A stretch of DNA of 64,000 nucleotides from a virus (IMGVR_UViG_2513237094_000001:785-64784); one strand, 5' to 3'. Shown: positions 37,689 to 47,094, numbered from the stretch's first letter. The notes: generated by a model from the sequence alone, not told the origin. Translations and numbers: made by a program.

Positions 37689-39473
37689 CTACCGCCACGA
37701 CGCGCCGACAAGCGCCATCGCTCCTGCCGCCGTGCAGGTTAGCGTAACGGTGTCCGGCGTCTGCGCCGTAAGACCGGATGCATCACCAACGACGTTCAGC
37801 GCGCCTGAAGCTCCGGCGTGAATGCGGCGAACCGGTGTTTCCCCGGTTGCCGATAGGGTGCCGGTGTTGGACGTGATGTTATTGCTGGCTCCGCAGACGA
37901 TGTAGAAGCCTCCGGCCGAGGTGTTGAAGCTCGCGTTTACGACGGTGCCGCCGCTGTTGACGGTCCCCCCGTTGCTGGCTACCGGCGTCGGTGACGAGAG
38001 GTCGCCGCTTGGTACGGTGTACACGGCCACCCGGCGCGATCCGAACGGATTAGCCCCGCCAAAATCGAGCGTGACTGTGACTGATGTTGCCGTGTCGGCG
38101 TCGGCATCAAGCACGCACGAGGCCATGCCCGCGCTGCTATTGCCTGCCGCCCCCCTGTAGACATTCCTTGTCGCGGTCTTCGCCGTTCCGACGTTTGGTG
38201 CGACGGTAACGGTCACTGGCTCAAGATCGGTCGCGCCCGTATATGTTACGATCACTAGGTTCCTAGCCGCGGCCGGGATGGCAACGGCGGCCAATTGCTG
38301 CGTGGCTCCTCCCGAACTGGTTTGGCCAGACGACGACGACCATGTCGGCGTCGGTAGCGAGGCAAGCGGCGTCGGCGCGATATTGCCGCCGGAATTGTCC
38401 AGCGGAAGCGCCAAACTGGAATTGTCCAAAACTGGCGCTGATGCATCGGGATTTCGCCCGTACTGATAGCGAAGCTTTCTCGCACTGGTCGTGGCTAGCG
38501 AGGCGTGCGTAAGCCGCAACACGATCGCCGACTGCCGGGCGCCAGCCGTTGCCGCGGCCCACGTTCCGCCGTTGTCGCCAGAAAGCTCGAACCCGCTCGG
38601 ATTGCTGGTGGGCGTGAAGTCCGAACCGAGACCGCGCACGAAAGTGACATCGGTGTGAGTGGCATCGACGATCGCCGCGCCCACGATATGCCAATTCGGG
38701 AACGCCGTGGTGCTGGCGAGGAGCGACGCGATCGTCTTGGCGAACCGCTTGCCCGAACGGCCAAGGCTGGTCCCGTCAATGTGGATTTGGTCTCCCGATG
38801 CCAGCATGGCGTCGCGATTGCTGTGCGAATAGTAGACGTTCGGCAACTGCGTTGCGCCCGAACCACAGCGGATCAGCACGCCTTCCATCAAATCCCAAGA
38901 TGCATCCGTGCCTGCACCGGTCCCGGTGTCGGTGGTGTTTGCCAGACTGCAAAGCACTAGCGGACAAGCCGCCTTCGTGGTGCCGAGATCGGCCACGATA
39001 TCGGCATGAAGCTGGGACAGTTGCGCCCGATAGCTGGCTTCCGTGTTGCCGTTGGCGCTATCGCCCTCACCTTGGTACCAGACGATGAAGTCGAGCACGC
39101 CTCCAGATGCGACTATGGAATTGATGAAGTTCGTGTAACTGGCGTTCCCCTTGCTCAACAAGCTGATCGCCTGGCCGGACACGGCACCGCCGAGTGCCCC
39201 AACCGTCTTTCCGGCAGCACTGTTGATGCCGTTCATCAGCTCTCGAATGCCGTTGTAGTTCGGGATTGTCGTGCTCCACGACGTTCCGTCAAACCATGAC
39301 GTTCCGGCATTAGCAGCCGGAGGAGAATTCGAGAACAGCGCGCCACCGCCGTAATGATGGAAAGCGTTTGACTGCCCATAGATGCCAATCAGCACCTGCG
39401 CATTGCGAACTTTGGAGTTTCCGTTCGTCTTCCGAAGCAGACGCTTTGGCCGAACCGCTACGAGCGGAAACAT
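37689..39473 (-). CDS. SGNH-family carbohydrate (sialate O-acetyl) esterase-like protein with beta-rich C-terminal domain
   Basis: IYGQSNA, WYQGEGD and DQIH catalytic blocks. Confidence 0.8.
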   Translation of the reverse strand: MFPLVAVRPKRLLRKTNGNSKVRNAQVLIGIYGQSNAFHHYGGGALFSNSPPAANAGTSWFDGTSWSTTIPNYNGIRELMNGINSAAGKTVGALGGAVSGQAISLLSKGNASYTNFINSIVASGGVLDFIVWYQGEGDSANGNTEASYRAQLSQLHADIVADLGTTKAACPLVLCSLANTTDTGTGAGTDASWDLMEGVLIRCGSGATQLPNVYYSHSNRDAMLASGDQIHIDGTSLGRSGKRFAKTIASLLASTTAFPNWHIVGAAIVDATHTDVTFVRGLGSDFTPTSNPSGFELSGDNGGTWAAATAGARQSAIVLRLTHASLATTSARKLRYQYGRNPDASAPVLDNSSLALPLDNSGGNIAPTPLASLPTPTWSSSSGQTSSGGATQQLAAVAIPAAARNLVIVTYTGATDLEPVTVTVAPNVGTAKTATRNVYRGAAGNSSAGMASCVLDADADTATSVTVTLDFGGANPFGSRRVAVYTVPSGDLSSPTPVASNGGTVNSGGTVVNASFNTSAGGFYIVCGASNNITSNTGTLSATGETPVRRIHAGASGALNVVGDASGLTAQTPDTVTLTCTAAGAMALVGASWR

Positions 39474-39958
39474 CAGGCCTCGCTATGATAGCTGGCTTGA
39501 ACGGTGATGTTGCCGGCGACGCTGGTGACGACCTGCAGCTTCTTGTCGGCGGTACCGAGTTTCTTCTTGCCGCGCGGCGTCACCTGCATCGGACCGCTCT
39601 TGGCCGTGACGTACCAGGGTCCGAAGAAGACGTTGCCGGAGGTCTCTTCCTTGAACGTCACCGTCATGTCGGTGTCGGTACTGACGATCAAATCGTCGAT
39701 CACCAGCTTCTGACCAACGGCCGGTGCGTCGGTGACTGAAGCCACGGCGCTGTGCTGATCGGCGCTGGTAAAGGGCACGCCACCTACGCCCCAAACGCTC
39801 GACCATGACGGACCGCCGTCGAGACTGGTACCGTTGCCGCCTCCGCTACTTCCGCCGCTGTCGACGATGACATGGGGCACCACGGAGTTCGTGTCGGTGT
39901 CGAGCGTGAACTTAAACCGAACGCGGTTCCAGTAGTCGAAAAAGTCAGAAAGCGCCAT
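39473..39958 (-). CDS. Hypothetical beta-rich, structural-like protein
   Basis: Coupled to the esterase gene; GAGGAG RBS. Confidence 0.7.
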   Translation of the reverse strand: MALSDFFDYWNRVRFKFTLDTDTNSVVPHVIVDSGGSSGGGNGTSLDGGPSWSSVWGVGGVPFTSADQHSAVASVTDAPAVGQKLVIDDLIVSTDTDMTVTFKEETSGNVFFGPWYVTAKSGPMQVTPRGKKKLGTADKKLQVVTSVAGNITVQASYHSEA

Positions 39959-39994
39959 CGGTGCTCCTCGCGAGTCGGTTTTGCCGCACTATTC

Positions 39995-40028
39995 TCCACT
40001 TTCAGGTGATATGTCAATAACTAATTGA
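39995..40028. promoter_or_regulatory. Two adjacent operator-like dyads
   Basis: TCCACTTTCAGGTGA and TCAATAACTAATTGA. Confidence 0.55.
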
Positions 40029-40068
40029 TCAGAAGCTAAGACCGATTTTGAGTTCTCAGAGGTGGAGT

Positions 40069-40923
40069 TCACTTCGAGAGAAAGCCGGGCGATCCTCCAA
40101 TCGACTTTAAGTAAGCAACGATGGGATCAATCGCCATTCGAGCCACTTTCATCGCATGTGTGCCTACCTCAAACTGGCCAGGCCCCTGGATCATGCACTG
40201 CGAGGGCGGAGGAAACGGAATCGCTTCGAACTTATGTGGGTGGATCTGCATGAGGTAGGATGAATAGTAGGCCGGCGGTTTTGCAATCGGGAGCGAGTAG
40301 AAAGTGAGCACATCAACAATAGTGAACAAGTTTCCGATCATTGTCGCATAGACGTGCTTAACGAGATCGGTCACTTCTTTTCCGTCGGCCTCCTCGTGTC
40401 CCATGCGAAAGGGGGCGTGGTTGAAAGCGAGGACGCGTGGACCATCGTAGAAACCCGCCCCGACATACCAATGGGCTGGCGGGCGCTTATGTTCAAAAAA
40501 ATAGGCAACATCAGAAGCTGGAAGCTTTAACGGGTGTTTGGTGATCTGGTCGGCCATCAGCGCGGACAGAGCTATCCAAGTGGAGAGCGCCTCCTGACCT
40601 GCTATGTCGAGTAAGTGCGTATCGCCAACGATTAGCCTCTTTGCGTAAGGTTTAGCATCCTCCACGATCTTGCTCATCCATGTGCCATTACAATCTCGGC
40701 AAACAGCACGAACCTTCTTAGTTCGTACATGCCCTTGGCGAATGGTCCACTCGTGAGGTCGCGTCTCAAAGTTGCGCGTATAGCCCTCGGTTCTTAGCTC
40801 AATCGTAGGCAAGATTTCGCGCAGCCAGTCTGACCAGATGTGCTCTTTGCTCATCTTGATGAGAGGCGGGCTGCGTCCGCAGAATATACATTTTCCCTGA
40901 GGCCGCTGCGTTTGTTTGCTCAT
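40069..40923 (-). CDS. HNH-like Zn-binding protein (moron)
   Basis: CIFCG..SKEHIWSDWL..AVCRDCNGTWMS. Confidence 0.65.
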   Translation of the reverse strand: MSKQTQRPQGKCIFCGRSPPLIKMSKEHIWSDWLREILPTIELRTEGYTRNFETRPHEWTIRQGHVRTKKVRAVCRDCNGTWMSKIVEDAKPYAKRLIVGDTHLLDIAGQEALSTWIALSALMADQITKHPLKLPASDVAYFFEHKRPPAHWYVGAGFYDGPRVLAFNHAPFRMGHEEADGKEVTDLVKHVYATMIGNLFTIVDVLTFYSLPIAKPPAYYSSYLMQIHPHKFEAIPFPPPSQCMIQGPGQFEVGTHAMKVARMAIDPIVAYLKSIGGSPGFLSK

Positions 40924-40969
40924 GAAGCAGCCCCCCGGGATTGTCGAGACTTCTCGGCGTCGTGACAGC

Positions 40970-41395
40970 TCATCTCAAGAGCACGCGCCCGGCCGCGGCG
41001 GCTTCGTCGATCTTGTGCTTGAAGCAGTTGAACTGCTCAACCCAATCGGTCTGATCCGGCGACAATCGATTGACCTTGTTCTCGCACACCTTGTCGAACA
41101 GTCGCATCGTGTCAGAGAGCCGACGATCGGATGCGTCGCTGCTGTAGTGAAGATGCCACATCTCACCGCGGAGCCTGTCGACGCCGGCCTTGCCGATGCG
41201 CTGCTTCTCGATACAGATCTCGCGCAGATGGTTGCTGTAGGGATGGCGGTCCTCGCATAGGCTGACGATCTGCTGCCGTGTCAGCGCCTCGATCGCAGCG
41301 CCGGCATCCGCCCTCGCCTGGTTGCCGCTCGCGAGCACGAGGAATCCGATCGCCATCGAAAGCCGGAACCCGCGCATTTTCATCACCCCGGTCAT
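40970..41395 (-). CDS. Secreted hypothetical protein
   Basis: Signal peptide ..NQARA; four Cys. Confidence 0.6.
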   Translation of the reverse strand: MTGVMKMRGFRLSMAIGFLVLASGNQARADAGAAIEALTRQQIVSLCEDRHPYSNHLREICIEKQRIGKAGVDRLRGEMWHLHYSSDASDRRLSDTMRLFDKVCENKVNRLSPDQTDWVEQFNCFKHKIDEAAAAGRVLLR

Positions 41396-41407
41396 TCGCG
41401 GCCCAGT

Positions 41408-42730
41408 TTAGGCCTTCGCAATTGCGTGCTTGCCAACCCGCGCGAGATATTCATCCATCGGCTCATTCCAACCCCGAGGCATCTGTCCGAATCCCGGGTT
41501 GTTACAAACGCGACATGGCGCGCCGGATGCCCCACAACTACACGCACCATTGCCCTTCCAGGGGCGATCGAGGTGTTCGTCACAAACCCATCCCGAGTTA
41601 CTGCACAAGGGGCACTCGTCAGGCCTCTCAGACCTAAGTTGCTCAATCCTTGCCATTGTTTTCAGCGCGCGAGACTCTTCTCTCCTCAATCGTCTTTCCG
41701 TCCGTCTAAATTCGCGGTCGAATTCTTTCTGCCTGTTCTGCAGTTCGATGGGATCGAGAACCTTCTGTCCGCCGGCGCTGTTAGGATCTTCCGCGCGGAA
41801 ATCGATCATTACCGGCGTTGAAGCTTGGGCAGAGTGGCATAATTTGTACTTGCGCCTCGAACCACAAGGGCAGGGTTTATTGCGGCCAGCTAATGGCGTT
41901 CGGATAATCGGTGGGGCGCCGCCGTCAAGGGGCTCAAAAGTGATGCTCGCCGCCGAGACTACGCCGACCGGCGAGCGGGTGGCATCGATTTGCGCTACGA
42001 AGTAAGATGAAGTTTGATTGGATAGAACACGATAATCTGCAAGAGCAGGCGATGCAAATTTGCGTGGAATGGTCAAGCTGCTGACCTGGCCACCAATCAC
42101 TCCGCTCGGATGTGCCGAGGCGCAGTGAACTAGCCGTGTCAATCGCGCGGCCACCGCCCGCGTGCGCAGGTTTGGCGCCTCGAGAACTAACTCTTGCATT
42201 GCTTGACGGTCCAGGCCCCACATGAAGCCTATGCCGAGTCCGTGAGAGGGGATCTGTTCTGGGAGGTCGGCCAGAAATGGTCGAAACTCGGGCCATGCGA
42301 CGTCGGAGTATTCGCTTGTCTCGAGATCTTGAAAATTCGAGATCATTCCAAATACAGGATAGTCAATGTTCCATTGCCGGCGAAATCCAACAACTATGAG
42401 TGTAAACCTGCGATCAGCTGGCCTGATGGCCCTAATATCGGGATGCGGAAGAAACTCCTTGTTGAGCGTGGTTGTCATTCTTTTAATCGTCTCGAAAAGA
42501 ATTAGATCTGGCTGAACGCAGGCGACCAGAGTTTCGATGAGTTTAACTTTCGAGTTATAGCGACGATGCTCGGCAAGGCCGGTAAAGCTGATGGCAACGC
42601 GAGCGTCTAGCGTTGCAAGGTAGCAAATTTTGTCGAATTCGTCGTTTGGTGTCAGCCCGGCGCCTGTGATCCGCCGGTCAGAGACGATACTCGCAAACTT
42701 ATGCGTTACAATAGCAAGCCCCAAGGTCAC
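41408..42730 (-). CDS. Ntn-hydrolase (proteasome-beta-like) domain fused to SEC-C and Cys-rich domains
   Basis: AGGAGG RBS plus GTG give mature T1..D17-R18-R19..K33..TG; CPCGSRRKYKLCH. Confidence 0.6.
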   Translation of the reverse strand: MTLGLAIVTHKFASIVSDRRITGAGLTPNDEFDKICYLATLDARVAISFTGLAEHRRYNSKVKLIETLVACVQPDLILFETIKRMTTTLNKEFLPHPDIRAIRPADRRFTLIVVGFRRQWNIDYPVFGMISNFQDLETSEYSDVAWPEFRPFLADLPEQIPSHGLGIGFMWGLDRQAMQELVLEAPNLRTRAVAARLTRLVHCASAHPSGVIGGQVSSLTIPRKFASPALADYRVLSNQTSSYFVAQIDATRSPVGVVSAASITFEPLDGGAPPIIRTPLAGRNKPCPCGSRRKYKLCHSAQASTPVMIDFRAEDPNSAGGQKVLDPIELQNRQKEFDREFRRTERRLRREESRALKTMARIEQLRSERPDECPLCSNSGWVCDEHLDRPWKGNGACSCGASGAPCRVCNNPGFGQMPRGWNEPMDEYLARVGKHAIAKA

Positions 42731-43282
42731 GGCACTAATTCCTCCTGCAAAGAGTTTGCTTAAAATTCCCGCGTCGTCGCCGCCAGCGCTAGCAGGTCGA
42801 AGGCGTAGATTCGCACCACCGCATCGTGCTTGCGCGAATGCGGGACGTTGAAGTCGGAGATGCAGTCGACGCCGAACACCGGCGCATTCGCCGTCGACAA
42901 TGAATTGCTGCTCGCAATCTTCGCGCGCTGATCCACGGAAAACGCCTAGCCCCATTTAACAACTATGGGTTGGCGCGTCCAGAATATAGGATTCTTGAAT
43001 AGAAAGCCCCAAAGTCGATTCTTGAGTCCAAATCTCTGAAGTAAAAGCGCCGTCGCGGTGGCCGGTGGTCCCGCCGATCGGCTCGTTCGGTGTGCGCGAT
43101 CGAGCGACCTTAGGAATGTCCCAGGTCCGGCGCCCGCGCTCACGCGCTCGTGAATGCAGATGCATGGATTTTTTCTCGAACAAAGAAAAACCCCGCTAGG
43201 TTAGGACGGGTCGCGATCGGACTTGCATATGGCGGGTTCGCACGGGCACTATCGCCGCATTGCAACCTAGAGAGAAGTGGCG

Positions 43283-43513
43283 ATGAAATATTTGATCTGC
43301 GCTATTCTGTTAGTCGGTACCGCAAGCGCGGTGTTAGCGCAAAACCGAACCTGCAATGTTCAGTCCTGCAGCATCCAACTCAATCAGTGCATGGCCGTTG
43401 TCGCTAACACGGTGGCCGGAACAGCAGACTCCCGCAAAACAGCCACTCAGCAAAGTGGCGATGCGAATTGCAGGGCGTCATATGAGCGCTGCGTAGCCAC
43501 TACATGCCGCTGA
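43283..43513 (+). CDS. Small secreted six-Cys protein
   Basis: Signal peptide MKYLICAILLVGTASAVLA; mature part has 6 Cys. Confidence 0.65.
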   Translation: MKYLICAILLVGTASAVLAQNRTCNVQSCSIQLNQCMAVVANTVAGTADSRKTATQQSGDANCRASYERCVATTCR

Positions 43514-43524
43514 GAGGGCTTAAC

Positions 43525-44895
43525 TCAGAACATCAGGCGCCACGCGGCGCGCAGGCCGTAGAATCCCAAGCCCGCGCCCGCGAATAGCACCAGGCCCGCG
43601 CCAGCCCAACCCGCGACGATCGCAAAGACGGCTTGCGCGTAGCGCCAACGCGACACGGGGCGCGGCTTGGCGCCGGGAGCGGCTGCAAAGTGCTTCGCCC
43701 TCTCCTCGTTCGATATCGCACCCAGCTTGCAGGTGGGGGCGTGGATGCGCGCCAGCTCGCAGGGTTGCGGCGTGCCCGTCGGGCCGATGAGCGAAACCAG
43801 GGCCTGCCCTGGTGCCATGGTTGCGATGAGCTCGGCGGCATTCAAGGCAGGGTTACGCGGCAACGACTCCGCTGCGGCGCGGATCTCTTTCGCGTCTTTG
43901 CCGGTGGCCGCGCGCAAGGCATGCTGAATGCGGTTGCCGAGCTGGCCGGCCACGGTCGACGGGATATCAGCGGGCGATTGCGTGGCGAAGTAGACCCCGA
44001 CGCCTTTGGAGCGGACAAGCCGGATAATCTGCTCAATCCGTTGCAACAGCGCGGGAGGGCAGTTGTCGAAAAGCAGATGGGACTCGTCAAAGATGAAAAC
44101 CAGGCGCGGCCGGTCAAGGTCGCCGACCTCCGGCAAGCGGTCGAATAGATCGGACAGCAGCCAAAGTAAAACCGTCGCGTACACGTCCGGTGTCTTGATC
44201 AGCTCATCAGCCGCTAGGATCGATACCAGGCCTTTGCCGTCACGCGTGCCGAGCAACGTCGCAGGATCGAAACCTGGCGGCTCAAAGATGCTGACGGCCG
44301 AACTAAGCCGCAACAGCGCGCGTTGGATGACGCCAATCGATACCGGCGAGACCTGCCCCAACGTCGCGGAAATCGCCTCACGGTGCGCCAGCAGCTTGCC
44401 GAGCACTTGGCGAAAGTCGCGGATGGACTCGAGCGGCAACCGTTCGGCCGCGGCATAGGCAAAAGCGATATCGACAACCGACGATTGGACGTCGCTTAGG
44501 CCTAACGCGCGGGAAAGCACCGCGGGCCCCATTGCTGCGATTGACACGCGCAACGGGCTGCCCTGCTTTCCGTAGCAGTCGAGAAATTGAACGGGACTCG
44601 GGCCGGTGGCGAGTCCGGCAATGTCCCCTTTGACGTCCGCCAGAAAGACGGGAACTCCGATCTTAGAGAAACCCTCTGCCAGCGTTTGCAGCGTCACGGT
44701 TTTACCGCTACCCGTCGCGCCCGCGATCAACCCATGGCGGTTCGCGTAGCGCCCCCGCAAGCGCGCATTCGGTGCGAGTTCAATCGAGATGCCGTCTTGA
44801 ATCGCGGTAACAGCCGACTCGCCGCGTGCAACGGCTAGCCGGCTGTTGTCGTGCGCGACCTTTTCGGCGACACTCTGGAAACGCTTGCGCGTCAT
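43525..44895 (-). CDS. DUF853 / HerA-like ATPase with C-terminal TM anchor
   Basis: NRHGLIAGATGSGKT, VFLADVKGD, FIFDESH, RSKGVGVYFATQSP, LGNRIQHALRA. Confidence 0.88.
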   Translation of the reverse strand: MTRKRFQSVAEKVAHDNSRLAVARGESAVTAIQDGISIELAPNARLRGRYANRHGLIAGATGSGKTVTLQTLAEGFSKIGVPVFLADVKGDIAGLATGPSPVQFLDCYGKQGSPLRVSIAAMGPAVLSRALGLSDVQSSVVDIAFAYAAAERLPLESIRDFRQVLGKLLAHREAISATLGQVSPVSIGVIQRALLRLSSAVSIFEPPGFDPATLLGTRDGKGLVSILAADELIKTPDVYATVLLWLLSDLFDRLPEVGDLDRPRLVFIFDESHLLFDNCPPALLQRIEQIIRLVRSKGVGVYFATQSPADIPSTVAGQLGNRIQHALRAATGKDAKEIRAAAESLPRNPALNAAELIATMAPGQALVSLIGPTGTPQPCELARIHAPTCKLGAISNEERAKHFAAAPGAKPRPVSRWRYAQAVFAIVAGWAGAGLVLFAGAGLGFYGLRAAWRLMF

Positions 44896-45116
44896 TCGTC
44901 CCAACTCACTTCGTTTGGCAGCGCACGCCAGTCGCCTATCCACATGCCCATGTATTTGGTTCGGACCGCATGGAAAAGGCCGTTAGCTTCGTCGCGTGAA
45001 CCATCTTTAATCGCAGTCATCGCGAGCGCGTCAATACGTCCGCTCGAGTCCATGTCACTTGCATGGGCAAAGACAGTAATTCGCGTTGCCGGGGTGAAGA
45101 AGGTCTTTTCACTCAT
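44892..45116 (-). CDS. Hypothetical protein
   Basis: Coupled in the leftward early operon. Confidence 0.6.
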   Translation of the reverse strand: MSEKTFFTPATRITVFAHASDMDSSGRIDALAMTAIKDGSRDEANGLFHAVRTKYMGMWIGDWRALPNEVSWDE

Positions 45117-45282
45117 GGTTCACCTTCCGGAGTTTCGAGGCTTCCAGCCTAAGCCGTTCGGCCTCTGCCCGGCAATCCCTTGCGTCGTCGTGCTCGGCGA
45201 AGCGGTCAAAGTTTCTCGCCCGCTTCTCCAATTCGTCGGCCTCGCGCATCATGTCGCGCGGATCTTGTGCCAGCGCGACCAT
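45109..45282 (-). CDS. Small hypothetical protein (57 aa, absent from the ORF track)
   Basis: MVALAQDPRDMMREADELEKRARNF.. fills the gap exactly. Confidence 0.55.
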   Translation of the reverse strand: MVALAQDPRDMMREADELEKRARNFDRFAEHDDARDCRAEAERLRLEASKLRKVNHE

Positions 45283-45285
45283 GGG

Positions 45286-45807
45286 CTAAGCCAGATAAAC
45301 CAGGCCGTCGTCGCCGACGTAGGAGTCGGTTTGCTGAAACGGTGTCCGCCAGCCGCAAGCCTCTTGCAGCGCTTTCAGGCAAGCCGCGTTCCCGTCATCC
45401 GTAAAGGCGACGCCATGGCCGTTTCGGGCGTACCAGAACAGTTGTCCAAGCCGCCTGTCATCCAAGGCCTCGCGCGCATAGCGGAGTTCAGTTGAGCCCG
45501 GGACAAGCTCGGCAGCCTGGTCTAACAGCGCGCGGTTGACGGCTTGGAAGCGCTGGCAATCGGCAACGATGCTTGCGAGCGCGACCGGAGCGAGATCCGC
45601 GAACCCGAAAGAGTCGCCACCTTCAAAGCGAGACTCCATCGTGGCCCTGTTGATCACGACGGCCGGCATATCGCGCTTGCCTTCTTCGCAAAGCCGTTCC
45701 TCATCCGTGAAAAACAGGCATTCGATGTAACCCTGCGTAAACGCGTCGAGCCCTTGGAAAGCGCGGGCTGCCTCTGGCGAACCCTGGTCTAAAACGAATT
45801 CCGGCAT
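45286..45807 (-). CDS. Conserved phage early protein
   Basis: GAGGA RBS; LFWYARNGHGVAF..YVGDDGLVYL. Confidence 0.7.
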   Translation of the reverse strand: MPEFVLDQGSPEAARAFQGLDAFTQGYIECLFFTDEERLCEEGKRDMPAVVINRATMESRFEGGDSFGFADLAPVALASIVADCQRFQAVNRALLDQAAELVPGSTELRYAREALDDRRLGQLFWYARNGHGVAFTDDGNAACLKALQEACGWRTPFQQTDSYVGDDGLVYLA

Positions 45808-45811
45808 AGTC

Positions 45812-45836
45812 GATTCCTCATTTGATGGTTGAGATT
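45812..45836. repeat. 25-bp direct repeat copy 1 (operator-like dyad plus RBS)
   Basis: GATTCCTCATTTGATGGTTGAGATT, identical to 47095-47119. Confidence 0.85.
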
Positions 45837-45846
45837 TTGGACGTGC

Positions 45847-46293
45847 TTAGGCCCGTCGCAGCTCGGCAACGCGGGTCTGATGGAATTCGTGGCGGATGCG
45901 CCGATAGACCTTGAGCCGGTAGCTGTAGGGCGTGATTTCCAGCTCGCGCTTCAGATCCGCGTACTCATCCGGAGTCGCGGCGCGCGTGGTTTGGTACCAG
46001 CCTAGATCGCAGGCGCTGTGCTGCCCGACGTGCGAATAGCAAGCCATGCTAAATTCGTGGTTGGCACCAGGTTCGCACGGAAACACGGCCGTGACCTGCC
46101 CTGCGAACGCGCCCGACTTATCGGCCCGAAACAAAACGGGCGTGATGGTTTCGGACTCCCGGTCAAGCTGACTATAAGCCGCGTCACGCGTTCGGTGCGC
46201 CGTGATGCCGCGCTTTGTGACGCACAGCCAGCCGCCATTCCATCGGCCGGGTATTTCGTGCGACTGGCACACGTAAGGACGTTTCTTAGCCAT
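45847..46293 (-). CDS. Conserved phage early protein
   Basis: VTAVFP..MACYSHVGQHS..ATPDEYADLKRELE. Confidence 0.7.
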   Translation of the reverse strand: MAKKRPYVCQSHEIPGRWNGGWLCVTKRGITAHRTRDAAYSQLDRESETITPVLFRADKSGAFAGQVTAVFPCEPGANHEFSMACYSHVGQHSACDLGWYQTTRAATPDEYADLKRELEITPYSYRLKVYRRIRHEFHQTRVAELRRA

Positions 46294-46297
46294 TGGC

Positions 46298-46411
46298 CTA
46301 CCCCTTCAATCCGATCGCCCAAACCGCGATCATGCTGATAAATCCAACGATGGCCGCGAATTCGATCGCGTCGAAAAGCCGGTCAATCGCGAAGTCGAGA
46401 ACGTGACGCAT
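46298..46411 (-). CDS. 37-aa membrane peptide (absent from the ORF track)
   Basis: MRHVLDFAIDRLFDAIEFAAIVGFISMIAVWAIGLKG; operator at 46418-46432 directly upstream. Confidence 0.45.
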   Translation of the reverse strand: MRHVLDFAIDRLFDAIEFAAIVGFISMIAVWAIGLKG

Positions 46412-46436
46412 CTTGAATCACCCGTTAGTTGATCTT

Positions 46437-47090
46437 CTAGGCAGCGATCGTCGCAGCGTAAATGCGCTCAACGACTCCATCGGACGCGATGCCCTGCCCC
46501 GTGGTCGTGCGCGCCCAAACGTTCAGGCCGCAGAAATCATCGTCAACTTTCTCGCCCTGCTCTTTCAGCTTTTCGGCAAACCAGGTCGAGACGGCCCAAT
46601 GCTCAAAGACTTCCCATTCATAGGGTTCAATATCGTGATCGCTGCAGAGCGCTTCCCAATTCGCACATGCCCATGTGGTGCCGTCTTTGTTGCTGAAATA
46701 GGTCGCGCCGAAGTCATCCTCTAGCGGGCCGGACCAGCCTTCCTGTTCCGCGGCTTCCTGGAAATCGTCAATCGGGCGCGCCAGCTCGAAAGCCTCCTCA
46801 ACCACGTTTGCCAGCTCGCGCATATCATCGGATTTGCGATAGTCAGTGGCCGAAAGCGAGTTGCCGTAATTCTTGGCGAGCACCGAAACAGCCGACGACA
46901 TGCAGCAAAGAACTTCGCGCGTCACCATCTGCTCAATCGTGATCACGGTGCGAGTCTGCGGTGCGTTCAGCAGCCACGCGACCTTGTCGGCTAGAGCACG
47001 ATCGGAAAACGTCGCGGACGGACGATCGGTCGTTTCGTCATCAGCAAGCAACGCGATGTAGTCAAGACCTTCGTGAACGATGTACGGCAT
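46437..47090 (-). CDS. Conserved phage early protein
   Basis: EVFEHWAVSTWFAEKL..GE..VWARTTTGQ; RBS in repeat copy 2. Confidence 0.7.
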   Translation of the reverse strand: MPYIVHEGLDYIALLADDETTDRPSATFSDRALADKVAWLLNAPQTRTVITIEQMVTREVLCCMSSAVSVLAKNYGNSLSATDYRKSDDMRELANVVEEAFELARPIDDFQEAAEQEGWSGPLEDDFGATYFSNKDGTTWACANWEALCSDHDIEPYEWEVFEHWAVSTWFAEKLKEQGEKVDDDFCGLNVWARTTTGQGIASDGVVERIYAATIAA

Positions 47091-47094
47091 TGGT

